A stretch of 63,634 nucleotides of DNA, the filler included, from Octopus bimaculoides (lineage: Eukaryota), in assembly GCF_001194135.2 (NCBI RefSeq). It is 5 parts of 5 records of this genome, joined end to end, with 100 filler letters (N's around TTAATTAATTAA, not from the genome) between each part and the next. Parts side by side here need not be neighbours in the genome. Positions count along the whole stretch, not along the records: positions 1 to 28,530 come from NC_069001.1; 4 more parts are not named here. One strand, 5' to 3'. Position numbers and translations under genes: made by a program. The stretch's first letter is position 1. Every line of letters begins with the position of its first letter. The notes beneath the pieces were generated by a model. It was given only the letters and a program-made list of their open reading frames with translations. It had not been told where the DNA came from and did not search any database. Shown piece after piece: positions 11,917 through 24,942 of the stretch.

Positions 11917-12858
11917 NNNNNNNNNNNNNNNNNNNNNNNNNNNNNNNNNNNNNNNNNNNNNNNNNNNNNNNNNNNNNNNNNNNNNNNNNNNNNNNNNNNN
12001 NNNNNNNNNNNNNNNNNNNNNNNNNNNNNNNNNNNNNNNNNNNNNNNNNNNNNNNNNNNNNNNNNNNNNNNNNNNNNNNNNNNNNNNNNNNNNNNNNNNN
12101 NNNNNNNNNNNNNNNNNNNNNNNNNNNNNNNNNNNNNNNNNNNNNNNNNNNNNNNNNNNNNNNNNNNNNNNNNNNNNNNNNNNNNNNNNNNNNNNNNNNN
12201 NNNNNNNNNNNNNNNNNNNNNNNNNNNNNNNNNNNNNNNNNNNNNNNNNNNNNNNNNNNNNNNNNNNNNNNNNNNNNNNNNNNNNNNNNNNNNNNNNNNN
12301 NNNNNNNNNNNNNNNNNNNNNNNNNNNNNNNNNNNNNNNNNNNNNNNNNNNNNNNNNNNNNNNNNNNNNNNNNNNNNNNNNNNNNNNNNNNNNNNNNNNN
12401 NNNNNNNNNNNNNNNNNNNNNNNNNNNNNNNNNNNNNNNNNNNNNNNNNNNNNNNNNNNNNNNNNNNNNNNNNNNNNNNNNNNNNNNNNNNNNNNNNNNN
12501 NNNNNNNNNNNNNNNNNNNNNNNNNNNNNNNNNNNNNNNNNNNNNNNNNNNNNNNNNNNNNNNNNNNNNNNNNNNNNNNNNNNNNNNNNNNNNNNNNNNN
12601 NNNNNNNNNNNNNNNNNNNNNNNNNNNNNNNNNNNNNNNNNNNNNNNNNNNNNNNNNNNNNNNNNNNNNNNNNNNNNNNNNNNNNNNNNNNNNNNNNNNN
12701 NNNNNNNNNNNNNNNNNNNNNNNNNNNNNNNNNNNNNNNNNNNNNNNNNNNNNNNNNNNNNNNNNNNNNNNNNNNNNNNNNNNNNNNNNNNNNNNNNNNN
12801 NNNNNNNNNNNNNNNNNNNNNNNNNNNNNNNNNNNNNNNNNNNNNNNNNNNNNNNNNN
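11917..12858. other. Assembly gap (N run); further gaps at ~13687, 22738, 26007-26622, 28531-28630, 35765, 58430-58529, 59870-60141, 60546-60645, 62009-62108
   Basis: Runs of N, usually flanked by microsatellites. Confidence 0.99.
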
Positions 12859-13884
12859 ATATATCATAATTTTTATCATCTGTTTTCCATGCTGGCATGG
12901 ACTGGATAGTTTTTTGATAGGAACAAACAAGCCAGAAGACCACTCCAAACTCCAGTGTCCATAATTAATTGATTAATTAACCATACAAACCAATGAACTG
13001 TGGATAAAGCAGTTCCTCTAGCTATTTGTAACCTTGAAGTGAGTGTAGGGAGTAGTAGGGAGCAGGAATGAGCTGAGGGAATAGGATATGTCTGATAACA
13101 CAGAGTAACAGAATAGAACAATGATACAAGGAGAAGGATGCAGGAGAGATGACTCAAAGTTGGATAGATTGCAAGAATGGATGGGGAAAAGACAGGTACA
13201 GTGTATGCAGAAGATAAGACATATGGCCTTGGAAAGAGAGATAATTTGGTGGTGCAATGGTGGTGGGATGATCAATAAAAATATGGGTGGAAGAGCAGCA
13301 TAAATAGATGAAAGATAAGTGAAATGGTTCTGGATAGTCAGAAAAGTGGTATTAAGGTAGAACAGCAGTAGAGAGGTGTTGGGTGGTAATAGTGGTGGGT
13401 ATCTTGAGGAGGAAGGAAATTGGGTAAAGGGTCCAGTTATGCATGTGTGTGTGTGTGTGTGTGTGTATCATTGGATGACATTGACTACTCATGAGTTCCT
13501 CCATCCTTTCACGGGTTTTATTTTTCAGCTTGCAGGGTGTCCAACAATCACTCTTCTCACCAAGCAAGCTTGATGGAGTTACCAACTTAGTTGCTGACAA
13601 ACTGACCATGCAACAGGTTGTACTGGAATACATGTTACCAGTTGCATTTGAAAACAACCTGACACACACATATATATATATATATANNNNNNNNNNNNNN
13701 NNNNNNNNNNNNNNNNNNNNNNNNNNNNNNNNNNNNNNNNNNNNNNNNNNNNNNNNNNNNNNATATATATAAGTAAAGTTAATCATCTCATCAATATGGC
13801 TGTTCTGTGTTACTACTAGTTTAACCCCAGGCAGATCTTCTGCTAGTTGGTTATTGGTGCAGCACTATACCCTGAACATATATA

Positions 13885-14062
13885 TTGCCAGCATACTATG
13901 TCCCCGTAACTTAGCAATTCAGCAAAAGAGGAAGATAGAATAAGTACTAGCCATAAAAAAAAAATTATTATTAGGGTCGAATCGTTTGACTAAAAATTCT
14001 TCAGGGTGGTCACAGCATGGCCACAATCTAATGACTGAAACAAGTAAAAGATAAAAGAAAGA
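13885..14062 (+). mobile_element. SINE family B 3' fragment
   Basis: ccccgtaacttagc...gggtcgaatcgtttgactaaa...cagcatggccac...tgactgaaacaagtaaaagataaaag, homologous to 46-262. Confidence 0.75.
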
Positions 14063-14154
14063 TATGTATCAGTGTGTGTCAGTGTTGTATTTTAAATTTT
14101 TAAATACAACTTGCACTACAGGATATTGTGTTCATCAGCTATTGACTTGAAATC

Positions 14155-14269
14155 ACCACACACACACACATACACATACACACACATCTATCTATCTATC
14201 TATCCATCCACCCATCTGTCTATCTATCAATTTAGACAGACATACAGGCAGACAGACAGACAGGCAGAC

Positions 14270-14321
<52 letters not shown>

Positions 14322-14650
14322 AGAGAGAAAAGGACAAAAGCAATGAGAGAATTAGCAGTACAAATGTACCAACCACAGTAGTTGTGGTTGGTCTTCATTT
14401 TTTTTTACCTTTCTGGCATTTTCTTAAATATTAATGTTGTCTTTCAAACAAAAGCCATTATCATCATCACTCTTATTATCGCCATCAACATCATCATTGT
14501 CATGTTTACCATCATTTTTGACACCATCAACATCATTTATATCATCATCATCATAATTACCACCACCACCATCATTGTCATCATTGTCACATTCACCATC
14601 GTCATCATCATTGCCAACTTTCTTTCCATTGCCATATTAATCATGATTAA
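14155..14650. repeat. Compound microsatellites (CA)n, (CTAT)n, (GACA)n, (GA)n and degenerate (ATC)n
   Basis: Directly visible; explains the low-complexity ORFs 14192-14398 and 14382-14690. Confidence 0.95.
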
Positions 14651-14832
14651 CAGTGATTATAGACAAGTGGAGGAGGTTAATCTATTATAGTTCCAGAATT
14701 AACCAGAGTTGAATGCCATTTCCATTTCTCCTTGGTCAATAATCAATGAAACTTGTGTGAATATACTTCAAAAATGAAGCCTTTACTACAAAGCAAAATG
14801 GAATTATCACTTATGAAAAGTATTATTATTAT

Positions 14833-17576
14833 TCATATGCTCACAACAGATTAGACTGTTGGAAAAAAAATTCCTAACATCAGGCAACAACAAGTAACCT
14901 TAGATGCCAAGAAGCCTCCTAAGTATCCTATGTACCTAATAACACTGTTTTCTGGAGCTGCACTAAACTGGGTTTTATGCCTATTTCTTCTATCCATCTG
15001 TTCAAATCTGTATTGATAGTTCCTAATGCACCTATAACTACTGGGATACATTTTACCTGCACTTTCCATAGTCTCTATAATTCAATGGCTTGGACTTGGT
15101 ACTTTGCTATTTTCTCTATATCTCTCATATTGATTTTCTCATCATTTGGGACTGTGAAGTCAATTATCTGGCACTTTCTTTCCTCTTTATCTACCACTAC
15201 TTAATCAGGCATTTTAGTTTCTATTATTCTGTCAGTCTGAAAGTTAAAGTCCCACAATATCTTGTATTATTACTTTATAGTACTTTACTAAGCTCATGTT
15301 CCTACCATTTATCAGTATGGTCAAATCCTAGCTTTGTACATAACTCCCAGTGGATCATTCTCCTATGTCTTTTCTTGTATTCTTTCTGTGCCAGCGTGCT
15401 ACATTCACTTACTATATGAGTAACACTTTCCTCTTTTGAGTTGCATGACCTACATTAGGAACCTACTTGGTTTTTGTCTATCTTGGCTTTTATCCAATTA
15501 GTCTTTAATGCTTGGTCTTGTGCTGCAGCTAACAAACTTTCTGTCTCCCTCTTCAACCTTCCTTTCTGCATCTATAACTATGTCTCACTACTACTATTTG
15601 CTGCAACTACCATGGGAATCTACCATGCAGAGCCTTCTTCTGCCAGTCAGATAATTTCTGTTCTTTTTTCTGGTTAATTTCGTTTGCATTTTTGATTTCC
15701 CTATGTTTTGCTGTGACTCCAGCTTTTAATAAACTTTCTTCACTATTACCTACATAGGAGTCTATATCTACTCCAGCTAACTCTGTGCAGTCTTCTACTG
15801 ATATTAACCCTCTTCTGCCTTTCTTTCTAGGTAGGTATAATCTTGCTACTCCTGCCCTTGAGTGGAGTTCTCCATTCACATTAAATTCCTTCCTAGTTCT
15901 TCTGTCTAGCTTTGCTAACTCAGATTTTGTCCTCTCTACAAAAGCTGCTAAGTATCTAAATAATGATACTGCCCAAGTATTTACAGTCTTCACTAGATTT
16001 GGACCATTTAGCTTTGACTTCATTAGCTTCCTCACCCTTCTGATGTACTCCTCAATTTTCATTTTCATATCAATAGTTAGTACTCTATCAGATTATAATA
16101 CTCCTAGATACTTATAACTCTCTCCTTCTTTCAATGATTTTAATGTCTGGCCATCTGGTAATCGGATGCCTTCATTGTTAACTACCTGTCCCCCTTTTCA
16201 TGACTAATATTGCACACTTATCTATGCCAAATTCCATGTCTGTATCTTTGCTGAAGAGTCTTACAGTCTGTATTAAAGAATATATCTCTTTTTTCATTTT
16301 TATTAAAAATCTTCACTTCAGCCATGTAGAGCAAACAATTAATTTTTCCTTTACTATTTCTGAACTGATACCCTGCCTTTGCCTTCCTTAATGCTAAACT
16401 GAGGGGAATCAAACATAAGACAAATATTAAAAGGGATAACAAGTCTCCTTGGAAAATTCCTCTCTTGATATTAATTTTCCCTAAGACTGTGTTACCTAAG
16501 TAGAAATCTACTTTCCATTTCTTCATGCTAAGGCTAATTAATTCTTTTATGTTGTTTGCAATTCTGAATATACTCAAACATTCACATATCCATGATTGTG
16601 GGATCATGTCATTGACTTTCTTATAATCTATCCATGCTATTGTTAGATTTTTCTGTCTTGATTTTACTTCATTTAGAACTGCTTTGTCTATGTATAATAG
16701 ATCATGTATTCTCCTAGCCTTCTTCTTGCAACCTGTCTGTTCTTCTGGCTGTCAAGGCGTACATAAATGCTTTCTAAAAACATTCCTGTGGTAAGACAGT
16801 GATTGGTCTATAATTGCTAGCTGTATTACCCTTGTCTTTCATAAGGTGTACTGTTATCCCTCTAGTCATCCAATCTGGTATTATTTTTCCAGTAAGACAA
16901 TCCTGAAGTTGTTTTATCAGCTTTCCATGTAAGCTACAACATTTCTTTAACCAGTACCCTTGAACTAAATTTGGTCCTGGACCCTTCCAATTTGGCATTT
17001 TCCCAAACACTATACTCTTTAATGCACTAGTTAATCTTAGATCTGGCTGCTTTTCACTCACTACTTCTTCCCTCACTTTCTTTAACCATGCTGCATCTCC
17101 ATTATGATTGACTGGCTTATCCCAAATATTACACCTGAACTTTCTAACTCCTTCTGTATTAGGTTTCTCATCTTCAGTACTTTCTTCTTCACTATTTATT
17201 TGGTTATATAATGTCCTTTGGTCTGTCTCAAATAATCTATTCTATTGATACTGATCTATTCTTTTCTGATATCTGGAAAGCTTGCCTGCTACTGCTATGA
17301 TACGCTGTTTCAACTTTTCTATGACTGTCTCAAATCCTTTCTCCTTGATTAAGTATCTTTTCTCAAGAGAAGATTTAAATATTGTGTTTCTTAACCTGTT
17401 AAGTTTCCAGGCTTCTATTCTACTCAGATCTTGTCTTAAAATCTTCACTTTATTTTGTAGTCTCCTTTTCCTCATTTGTTCTTTTTTAATCTTTCCTTGT
17501 GGAATATCTAATCTTCTAGTAACTACTACCTCTTCAGCATAGATCAGTAAGTTGTGTTACTTATATTTTTTAATAT
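14833..17576 (-). mobile_element. R4/Dong-like non-LTR retrotransposon (RT + restriction-like endonuclease), 5'-truncated, flanked by (TAA)n
   Basis: ORF pieces: PNWKGPG..VQGYWLKK and NYRPIT (16774-17076); KRGIFQGD.LS.L.F.LCLIPLS (16218-16607); KSKLNG.N..K.VNTWAVS, RLYLPRK.G.RGL (15607-16068); RLE-type IIDFTVP...IPVVIGALG near 15170-15020. (ATT)n on the + strand at both ends (14820-14832, 17577-17648). Confidence 0.88.
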
Positions 17577-17582
17577 CTATTA

Positions 17583-17648
<66 letters not shown>
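17577..17648. repeat. (ATT)n microsatellite
   Basis: Directly visible. Confidence 0.98.
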
Positions 17649-17649
<1 letters not shown>

Positions 17650-17866
17650 GGCAGCAAACTGGCAGAATTGTTAGTATGCTAGACGAAATGCTTAGCAGTA
17701 TTTCATCTGTTGCTACGTTCTGAGTTCAAATTCTGCTAAGGTCGACTTTGCCTTTTATCCTTTCGGGGTCGATAAATTAAGTACCAGTTGAGTATTGGGA
17801 TTGATGTAATCAACTATACCCCTCTCCAAAATTTCAGGCATTGTGCCTATAGTAGCAAGGATTATT
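17648..17866 (+). mobile_element. tRNA-derived SINE family A
   Basis: aaggcagcaaactggcagaa...gagttcaaattc...tttgccttttatcctttcggggtcgataaattaagtaccag...caaggattattatc. Confidence 0.9.
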
Positions 17867-18379
17867 ATCATTACTATTATTATTATTCATATATGCACAA
17901 ATGGCCCAATATTTAAACACACATTACATACATATATGCATGTATGGATGGGTATATAGATATATATATATATATATTGTCAGGAAATCATAAATTCGAA
18001 AGAGAAGCACACTCTAAGCTATAGAGCAGTAGAGTAATTAGATAAAGATAGTTATGGCCGGCAGCCTATAACCTCTCTTCAAAGTGGAGGGAGAAAGGGT
18101 TTCATTGCTAGTTGTCAAACACACAAAGGAGAAGGATTAAATGCAAAGGACTGCTTCAAATAGACCACTATCCATAACAGATATGGTCATTTTGTGGGTC
18201 CCAGAATTTCAGTAGGAATCTCCTGAAGTATAAGCATGGTCCAAAGACTTCCGTCCTGGAATTCAAGATGTTGAGGGAATTCTTTAACATTCTTGCCTGT
18301 ACAGCTATGTACAGCTTGCAACACTTGATGTAGGAGCTCAGTTTTTTCAAGGATCTAGGAAAAAATGATAGACTTAGTA

Positions 18380-20120
18380 AGATGAATGCGATGGAATGTC
18401 TTCTTTTATGACCAAGTCATGCCATCTCTGGAGAACAACACATACTGGATCACAGAAGCAGGCCAGCTGAGCATCATTCTCAGACTAAAATTCCATAAGT
18501 CCTCTTGCTCCTTCCTGCCACCTGCACGTCATGTTCAAAACCCTGGTGAAGGGTGTCAGCAAGACGATCTCGAACCTTTTCTCTAGTCAAGAAATTTTTG
18601 ACACAATAGCCCCCTACTATAATGAGGCCCTAGCTGTTAGTAGGTTCAGGGACCACATCTTCAACATTAGACTATTAAAAAATTCTGACAGGTCACTAAT
18701 CTTCTCAGACAAGACAAAAAAAACTATATAGGATAGACACCCATACTTATAACAGACGATTAGAAAACAACATTACACAGAACTATAGGCACATTTCCCC
18801 ACACATACAACATCAACAGTGAAGTCAAACAGTTAGCCAATGACTTAGATATAACAGACAGGGTAGAAATTTTAGCTAAAAGGAGTGCCTTTATTACTAT
18901 CAAAGACCACAAACTGAACCTCAAATGCTGTGAGATCAATCCAGCTAAATCTGAGATCGGTCTGGTGAGCAAGCACATACTGAGGAACATCAACAATGAC
19001 ATAAGGAGAGCTACCAACTTCTTCCTATGAGGTAGCACCTATGAGGTGATTACATGGTTTAATACCAACAAAAGGAGAGGCAGAGCAAGGTTCACCCAAT
19101 TTGACATAGTTGATTTTTACCCGTCTATGTTGCAAGGGTTACTGGTCAAGACACTTTTCTTCATTAGGGGTTTCACTGACATTAGCGATAGGGACATAAA
19201 TTTCATCATGCATGCCAGGAAAATGGTGCTGTTCAATAAAAGTGCAACCCAGGTCAAGCAAACCAACCCCTTGGGCTCTTTTGACGTAGCGATGGGTGCC
19301 TATGACAGCACTGGTGTATGCAACCTTCTTGGGTTGTACATTCTGGATGCCCTAAGGAAGAAATTCCCCTTTAGATGATGCCCTGGTTATCTGTAGAGGT
19401 GCTAATGGGCACACCCTAGATAGACTTAGGAAAGATTTTATTAGCACCCTTACTGCTATGGAACTGAAAATTACTATCAAGACCAACTTCACCACCACAG
19501 ATTTTTTAGACATCACACTTGACTTGAGCTTTGGTACTTACTAGTCCCATCGCAAGCCAAATGAGAGGCTGGAATATATCAATGCAGCCTCCTGCCACCT
19601 GCCTATCATGTTCAAAAACCTGGTGAAGGGTGTCAGCAAGAGGATCTCGAACCTTTCCTCTAGCCAAGAAATTTTTGACACTGCAGCCCCCTACTATAAT
19701 GAGGCCCTAGGTGCTAGTGGGTTCAGGGACTGCATCTCCTACATACTGGGCCCTAAAACCCGCAGAGGGAAGCGCCACCAAAATATCATTTGGTTTGCAC
19801 CCCCTCTCCCTCGACGTAAAAACATGTGTAGGTAGGATATTCCTTAGGCTAGTCGACAAGGACTTTATACAATCACATAGGTATGGATGCCTATTCAACA
19901 GACACAACCTAAGAGTCTCATTTAGCTGCACCCCCAATACTAAGAGTATATTAGTTAACACCCCAAAGCCACTAGTAGAGGTGGAATGTCCATGCAGGGA
20001 CTACAGCAGATACCCAGTGGGAGTTCAATTTTTTAATAAAAAAACTACTGGGGCCAAATGTGATAGAACTCATCAAGACAAGTGTCATGGTGCTAATCTT
20101 TTCAAAAAATATTCAAAATG
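18380..20120 (+). mobile_element. Penelope-like element remnant (second family) with a duplicated thumb segment
   Basis: Translations include AFITIKDHK, INPAKSEIG.VSKHIL, QFDIVDFYPS, FDVAMGAYD, DFLDITLDL...RKPN..LEYIN, IIWF.PP. Segment 18513-18660 is a diverged direct copy of 19590-19738. Confidence 0.85.
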
Positions 20121-20200
20121 AAAAATGTTATTATATAAGCTAAATGTGCCAAAAGTACGTAAAGCAATTTCCAAGTAATATTATTACTTATTACAGTACT

Positions 20201-20410
20201 AAGATGATGAGCTGGCAGCATCGTTAACACTCAGGGCAAAAGCTTCACAGCATTTCATCTGTCTCTGCATTCTGAGTTCAAATTCCACCAAGGTTGTCTT
20301 TGCCTTTTATCTTTCCGTACTCGATAAAATGAGTATCAGCTGAGCACTGAGGTTTGATGTAATCAACTTCGCACCCTTCCGGATTTCATGGCATTCTGCC
20401 AAAATTGGAA
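20201..20410 (+). mobile_element. tRNA-derived SINE family A, diverged
   Basis: gagctggcagcatcgttaac...gagttcaaattcc...tttgccttttatctttcc..tcgataaaatgagta. Confidence 0.8.
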
Positions 20411-20759
20411 ATCAGTCTTGCAAAATGTTTGATTCAATTCAGTATTTAGGTACCTTGGAAAGATCTGCCTCATATTCATAGAATACACTATATTGTAATA
20501 AATATCACTCACACATGGCAGCGTGTGAACAATATTCTTAAAGCCAACATTTACTCACTGGCAACCACTAATTCAATTTTTTATCAAATTTGATGATGTT
20601 TATATATCTTTAGATTGTTCGCCTTTTAAGCTACCTTTTGAAATTTGGTGCAAAAGAAAAAAAGTTGAAATTTCAGATATGTGAGGTCAGAAAGGTGAGA
20701 ATAACACCTGAAATTGATTTCAGGGATATACACGCGAGACTGCATGCATACTTTCGTAA

Positions 20760-20812
<53 letters not shown>

Positions 20813-21093
20813 AACAATGCACACAGATACAGAAATAATGCACACACACGCACACAAACAATGCACACAGATACAGAAATAATGCACACACACACGCACA
20901 CAAACGATGCACACAGATACATAAACAATGCACACACAAACACACTCACATGCACATATACATAAGTAACTTTTAAAACATCCATGAAGAGAAACAAAAG
21001 TGTGACAAATACATAGCTTTAAGGAGAGAGGGGTTAAGTCGACAGCAATTGATGACAAGTGAACTCTTTTCTGCTGTTCATCGTAAATAAACA

Positions 21094-21155
<62 letters not shown>

Positions 21156-21167
21156 TACATACATACA

Positions 21168-21197
<30 letters not shown>
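20760..21197. repeat. (CA)n tracts, a ~44-bp CA-derived minisatellite (~3 units, 20810-20940) and (CA)n(CATA)n
   Basis: Unit caaacaatgcacacagatacagaaataatgcacacacacgcaca is repeated; microsatellites directly visible. Confidence 0.9.
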
Positions 21198-21198
<1 letters not shown>

Positions 21199-21342
21199 TG
21201 CAGAAAAATGTTACTGAGGTTTAAAGTTTAATCATTTCCACCTAATCAGAAAACAGGATTTAGAAGCTGGCATTTTCTGCATGACAGTTGTCTATCACAA
21301 AATGAAAGCAAAATCATTATACGAGGAGGAATTTTTATTAAA
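21199..21342 (+). repeat. Left arm of a ~144-bp inverted repeat (partner 24943-25085)
   Basis: tgcagaaaaatgttactgaggtttaaagtttaatc...atcacaaaatgaaagcaaaatcatta...aggaggaatttttattaaa matches the reverse complement of 24943-25085; the first 35 nt are identical. Confidence 0.9.
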
Positions 21343-21804
21343 CAAATGAAAGCAAAGTATTACGACGACCAAAGTTGTGAGAACTTCTGAGGTTTTAATA
21401 AGGTTTTTGTTTGCTTTTAAACTTTAATTCAATATTAAGAGTTGCAGAAATTAGATTATTATTTCTTAGGGTAAATTGATAAGGTTTTTGCTTTCATATA
21501 GTATTTATTTATTTATTTATTTATGTGTTTCAGCCAAGTGGCTGCGGTCATGCTGGTGCACCACCGTGAGTATGATTGGATTTTAAGAGTAGCAGGACTC
21601 AGATTTTTTTATTTTCAGGCAAGTTGACAACAACAGCAGCTGAATTGCAGATCTTATTTTTATTTTGCATGAATTTCGACTAACAAACTAACTTTGCACT
21701 AACAAGGGCAGGTGCCCCCTCCTGCTTTACGGTGGATGCATTAGCTATTTTGGCATTTAAAAAAATTTTATATTAGCCATGGCTTTACTATTCATATGAT
21801 CAAA

Positions 21805-22962
21805 TTCTAGGGGAGGGTGCGCTGAAAGTGTAGCTGCTAGAATAAGAATAGCCTGGGTAAAGTTCAGAGAGCTCTTACCTCTGCTGGTGACAAAGAGTCT
21901 CTCACTCAGAGTAAAAGGCAGACTGTATGACGCATGTGTACGAACAGCCATGCTTCATGGCAGTGAAACATGGGCTGTGACTGCTGGAGACATGTGTAGG
22001 CTCGTAAGGAATGAAGCCAGTATGCTCCAATGGATGTGTAATGTCAGTGTGCATACTAGACAGAGTATAAGTACTTTGAGTGAAAAGTTGAACCTAAGAA
22101 GCATCAGTTGTGGTGTGCAAGAGAGACGATTGCGTTGGTATGGTCATGTGGCGAGAATGGACGAGGATAGCTGTGTGAAAAAGTGCCACATCCTAGCAGT
22201 TGAAGGAACCTGTGGAAGAGGTAGGCCCAGGAAGACCTGTGATGAGGTGGTGAGGCAAGACCTTCAAACATTTGGGCCTCACCGAGGCGATGACTTCTGA
22301 CCGAGATCTTTGGAAATATGCTGTGCGTGAGAAGACCCGGCAAGCCAAGTGAGACCTAAATCCAAGGTCTCTGCCAGGGGTGTAGCCAGCCCACTTATGC
22401 ATACCTTTCCTTCATTGGACACTAAACTCTGCTTGCAAAGACATGTTGAGGCAAGTGAAATCGAAATCGAACTAAATTCGACGACTGGCACCCATGCCAA
22501 CGTCGTTTCCTTCATTGGACACGAAACTCGGCTTGCGAAGACCTGTTGGGGCAAGTGAAAGCGAAATCGTGATGGCACCTGTGCCCAGCCTTTCTGGCAC
22601 TGGTACCCATGGCATGTGTAAGGACTTTCAAGCGAGATCGTTGCCAGTGCCCCTGGACTGGCTCTTGTGCGGGTGGCACATAAAATACACCATTTTGAGC
22701 GTGGCCGTTGCCAGTACCACCTGACTGGCCTTCGTGCNNNNNNNNNNNNNNNNNNNNNNNNNNNNNNNNNNNNNNNNNNNNNTAAAAGCACCCACTACAC
22801 TCTTGGAGTGGTTGGCGTTAGGAAGGGCATCCAGCTGTAGAAACTTTGCCAAATCAGATTGGAGCCTGGTGTAGCCATCTGGTTTCACCAGTCCTCAATC
22901 AAATCGTCCAACCCATGCTAGCATGGAAAGCGGACGTTAAACGATGATGATGCTGATGATGA
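21805..22962 (+). mobile_element. RTE LINE 3' fragment (same family as 8745-11895), 5'-truncated, (GAT)n tail
   Basis: ORF 21887-22300 (KGRLYDACVRTAMLHGSETW, RRLRWYGHV.RM, GRGRPRKT). 3' UTR ends ...catgctagcatggaaagcggacgttaaac(gat)n. Confidence 0.9.
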
Positions 22963-23162
22963 TCTCGTCTTGCTAGCTCTTCTTACTATAAATAGATGTA
23001 GCTCATATATTTCTTGATTTTATAATAAAATTAATATTACATTAATATTCACTATTATATAGAAAATTATTTTTCATAATGAATTTTCGCACTTTCTTTT
23101 TTGGCGCGTTCTTATTATGCACTTTGTTTCAATATAAAAATTTTATATACAGTGAAAATATA

Positions 23163-24430
23163 CAGGGGTTGGACAAAATAATGGAAACACCTTAAAATTT
23201 CAAACAAATTTATTTTAATATGGGGTAGGACAGCCTTTGGCAGTAATTACAGCTTGAATTCTACAAGGTATGGACTCAAACAAAGTTTCAAATGTTTCCA
23301 AAGGAATTTTTGTCCATTCTTCAGCTAAAACAGTCTCCAATTCTTTGTAGTGACGATGGTGGAGGATATTGACTCCTTACTTGTTTTTCTAAAATGAGCC
23401 ATAAATGTTCAATAATATTGAGATTTGGGGATTGTGGTGGCCAGATAAGATGTTTAACTTCACTAGAATGTTCCATGTGCCAGTCAGTAACAACTTTAGC
23501 TGTGTGAATTGGTGCATTGTCATCCTGATAGATTGCATTTCCCACCAGAAACAGTTCTGCAACTATAAGATGAATTCGAGCAGATAAAATGCTTAAATAG
23601 TCTTGACTATTAATTCTACCATGAAGGGAAACCATTGGGTCAGCGGATTTCCAAGATACAGCCCCCCACCCCACCAGATCATCACAGATCATCCTCCATA
23701 ACAGCTGGAGGAAGGCAGTTTGCATCAAATGCTTCTTTTGGCTGTCTCCACACGTATATTCGGTCAGTGGTTGGAAATATGGTAAAGGATGACTTTTCCG
23801 AAAAAATAACATTCTTCCACTGCTCTAAGGACCAATTCTGTAGGTTTTTACTCTACTCTAAATGCTTTGCAATGTTTGTTTTTGAAAGTAGTGATTTTCT
23901 GATTGCACTCCTCCCGTGAAATCCAGGTTTGTGCAGCTCCCAGTGAACAGTTTTTGTGGAAACTGGGTTCTTGAGGTGGTCATTAAACTCTGTGATAATT
24001 TTGGGAGCTGTACTTTTGTGATCCTTTCTAACAATTCACATAAGCGTCAGACAGTCCCTATCTGAAAGTTTTGGTTTTCTTCCGGAGTTTTGTTTCACTG
24101 AAGAGGTTTTTCCCTTTTTCTCAAAGGCTGTCATTACTTTCAAGACAGTACTTCTTGATACACCAAACATCTTGGCTGTTTTCATTATGCTAGCACCTGC
24201 CATATGAGTACCAACAATTTGGCATCTCTGGAAGTCCAATAGATCTGTCATTTTAATGAATTTTAATTACCTTTTTCTGAAAAGAAACAGCAATTATAGC
24301 AAAACATATTAAGCACCACTAATAATAAATCAAAAAACATAAAAATAAACAAGCTTTTGACGGTTTTATAGATATTTCAAAATTATGATGCTATGATGCT
24401 AGGTGTTTCCATTATTTTGTCCAACCCCTG
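23163..24430 (-). mobile_element. Tc1-family DNA transposon, full length (1268 bp), perfect 30-bp TIRs, TA TSD, frameshifted transposase
   Basis: TIR caggggttggacaaaataatggaaacacct at 23163-23192 and inverted at 24401-24430, with TA at 23161-2 and 24431-2. ORF 24036-24251 is an HTH-type N-terminus (GRKPKLS.RD); ORF 23321-23812 has QDDNAPIH and WPPQSPNLNIIEHLW. Confidence 0.95.
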
Positions 24431-24942
24431 TAGGATCTAATATTTTTTACAATTGTAATTACATTTCTCATTATCCTAAAAAAATATCAATTTTAAAGGA
24501 AATAAATATGCATCAGGTTTCATTTAATTCAAATATCTTTTAACAAAAGAATATTTATTAGTTTTATTGCATTTCCTGACAAAAAAAGGGGGATTACAAT
24601 GAAAAATGCAGGTGCATGCATGTTAATATTCTTAAGTTATTATACCTGCAAAAGTACAGAACAAGATTTCTACAGTAGAATTTGTCTAATTCATCACCTC
24701 TAAAGGAAACTAAAAAAGTACTTACAATTAGAATTATACTGTACTTTACAATAGAATGTCTTTTATAAATTTTTGCTTATTCCATGTCAGGCCATGCCTT
24801 CCCTGACAGATAGGACTCTGGATCAAGGCAGATTTGTGCAATTTTGTGCAAACACTTTGTTGAGGATTTTTACCCTTTTTAAATTATTTACATGCCTGTT
24901 TGACCGTTTCACATGATTTTATTTATTAAATCTTATTAAAAC

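Noticed and set aside
11824-12948. Long 'ORFs' spanning N runs (also 25960-26757, 59711-60404)
   Set aside because: They are open only because N translates to X.
13480-13660. Exon-like segment with a good acceptor (ttttcagcttgcag) and open frame GVQQSLFSPSKLDG...
   Set aside because: Weak donor, no recognisable protein, flanked by microsatellites; more likely a dispersed repeat fragment, which needs a repeat library to confirm.
17165-17185. Minus-strand CTGAAGA-tga-GAAAC
   Set aside because: No room for stem II, no matching stems I/III, and it lies in the coding region of the Dong-like element.
18045-18110. aaagtggaggg motif recalling the twister ribozyme 3' end
   Set aside because: The P4/L4 elements of twister are absent; only a simple hairpin (agttatggc/gcctataact) is present.
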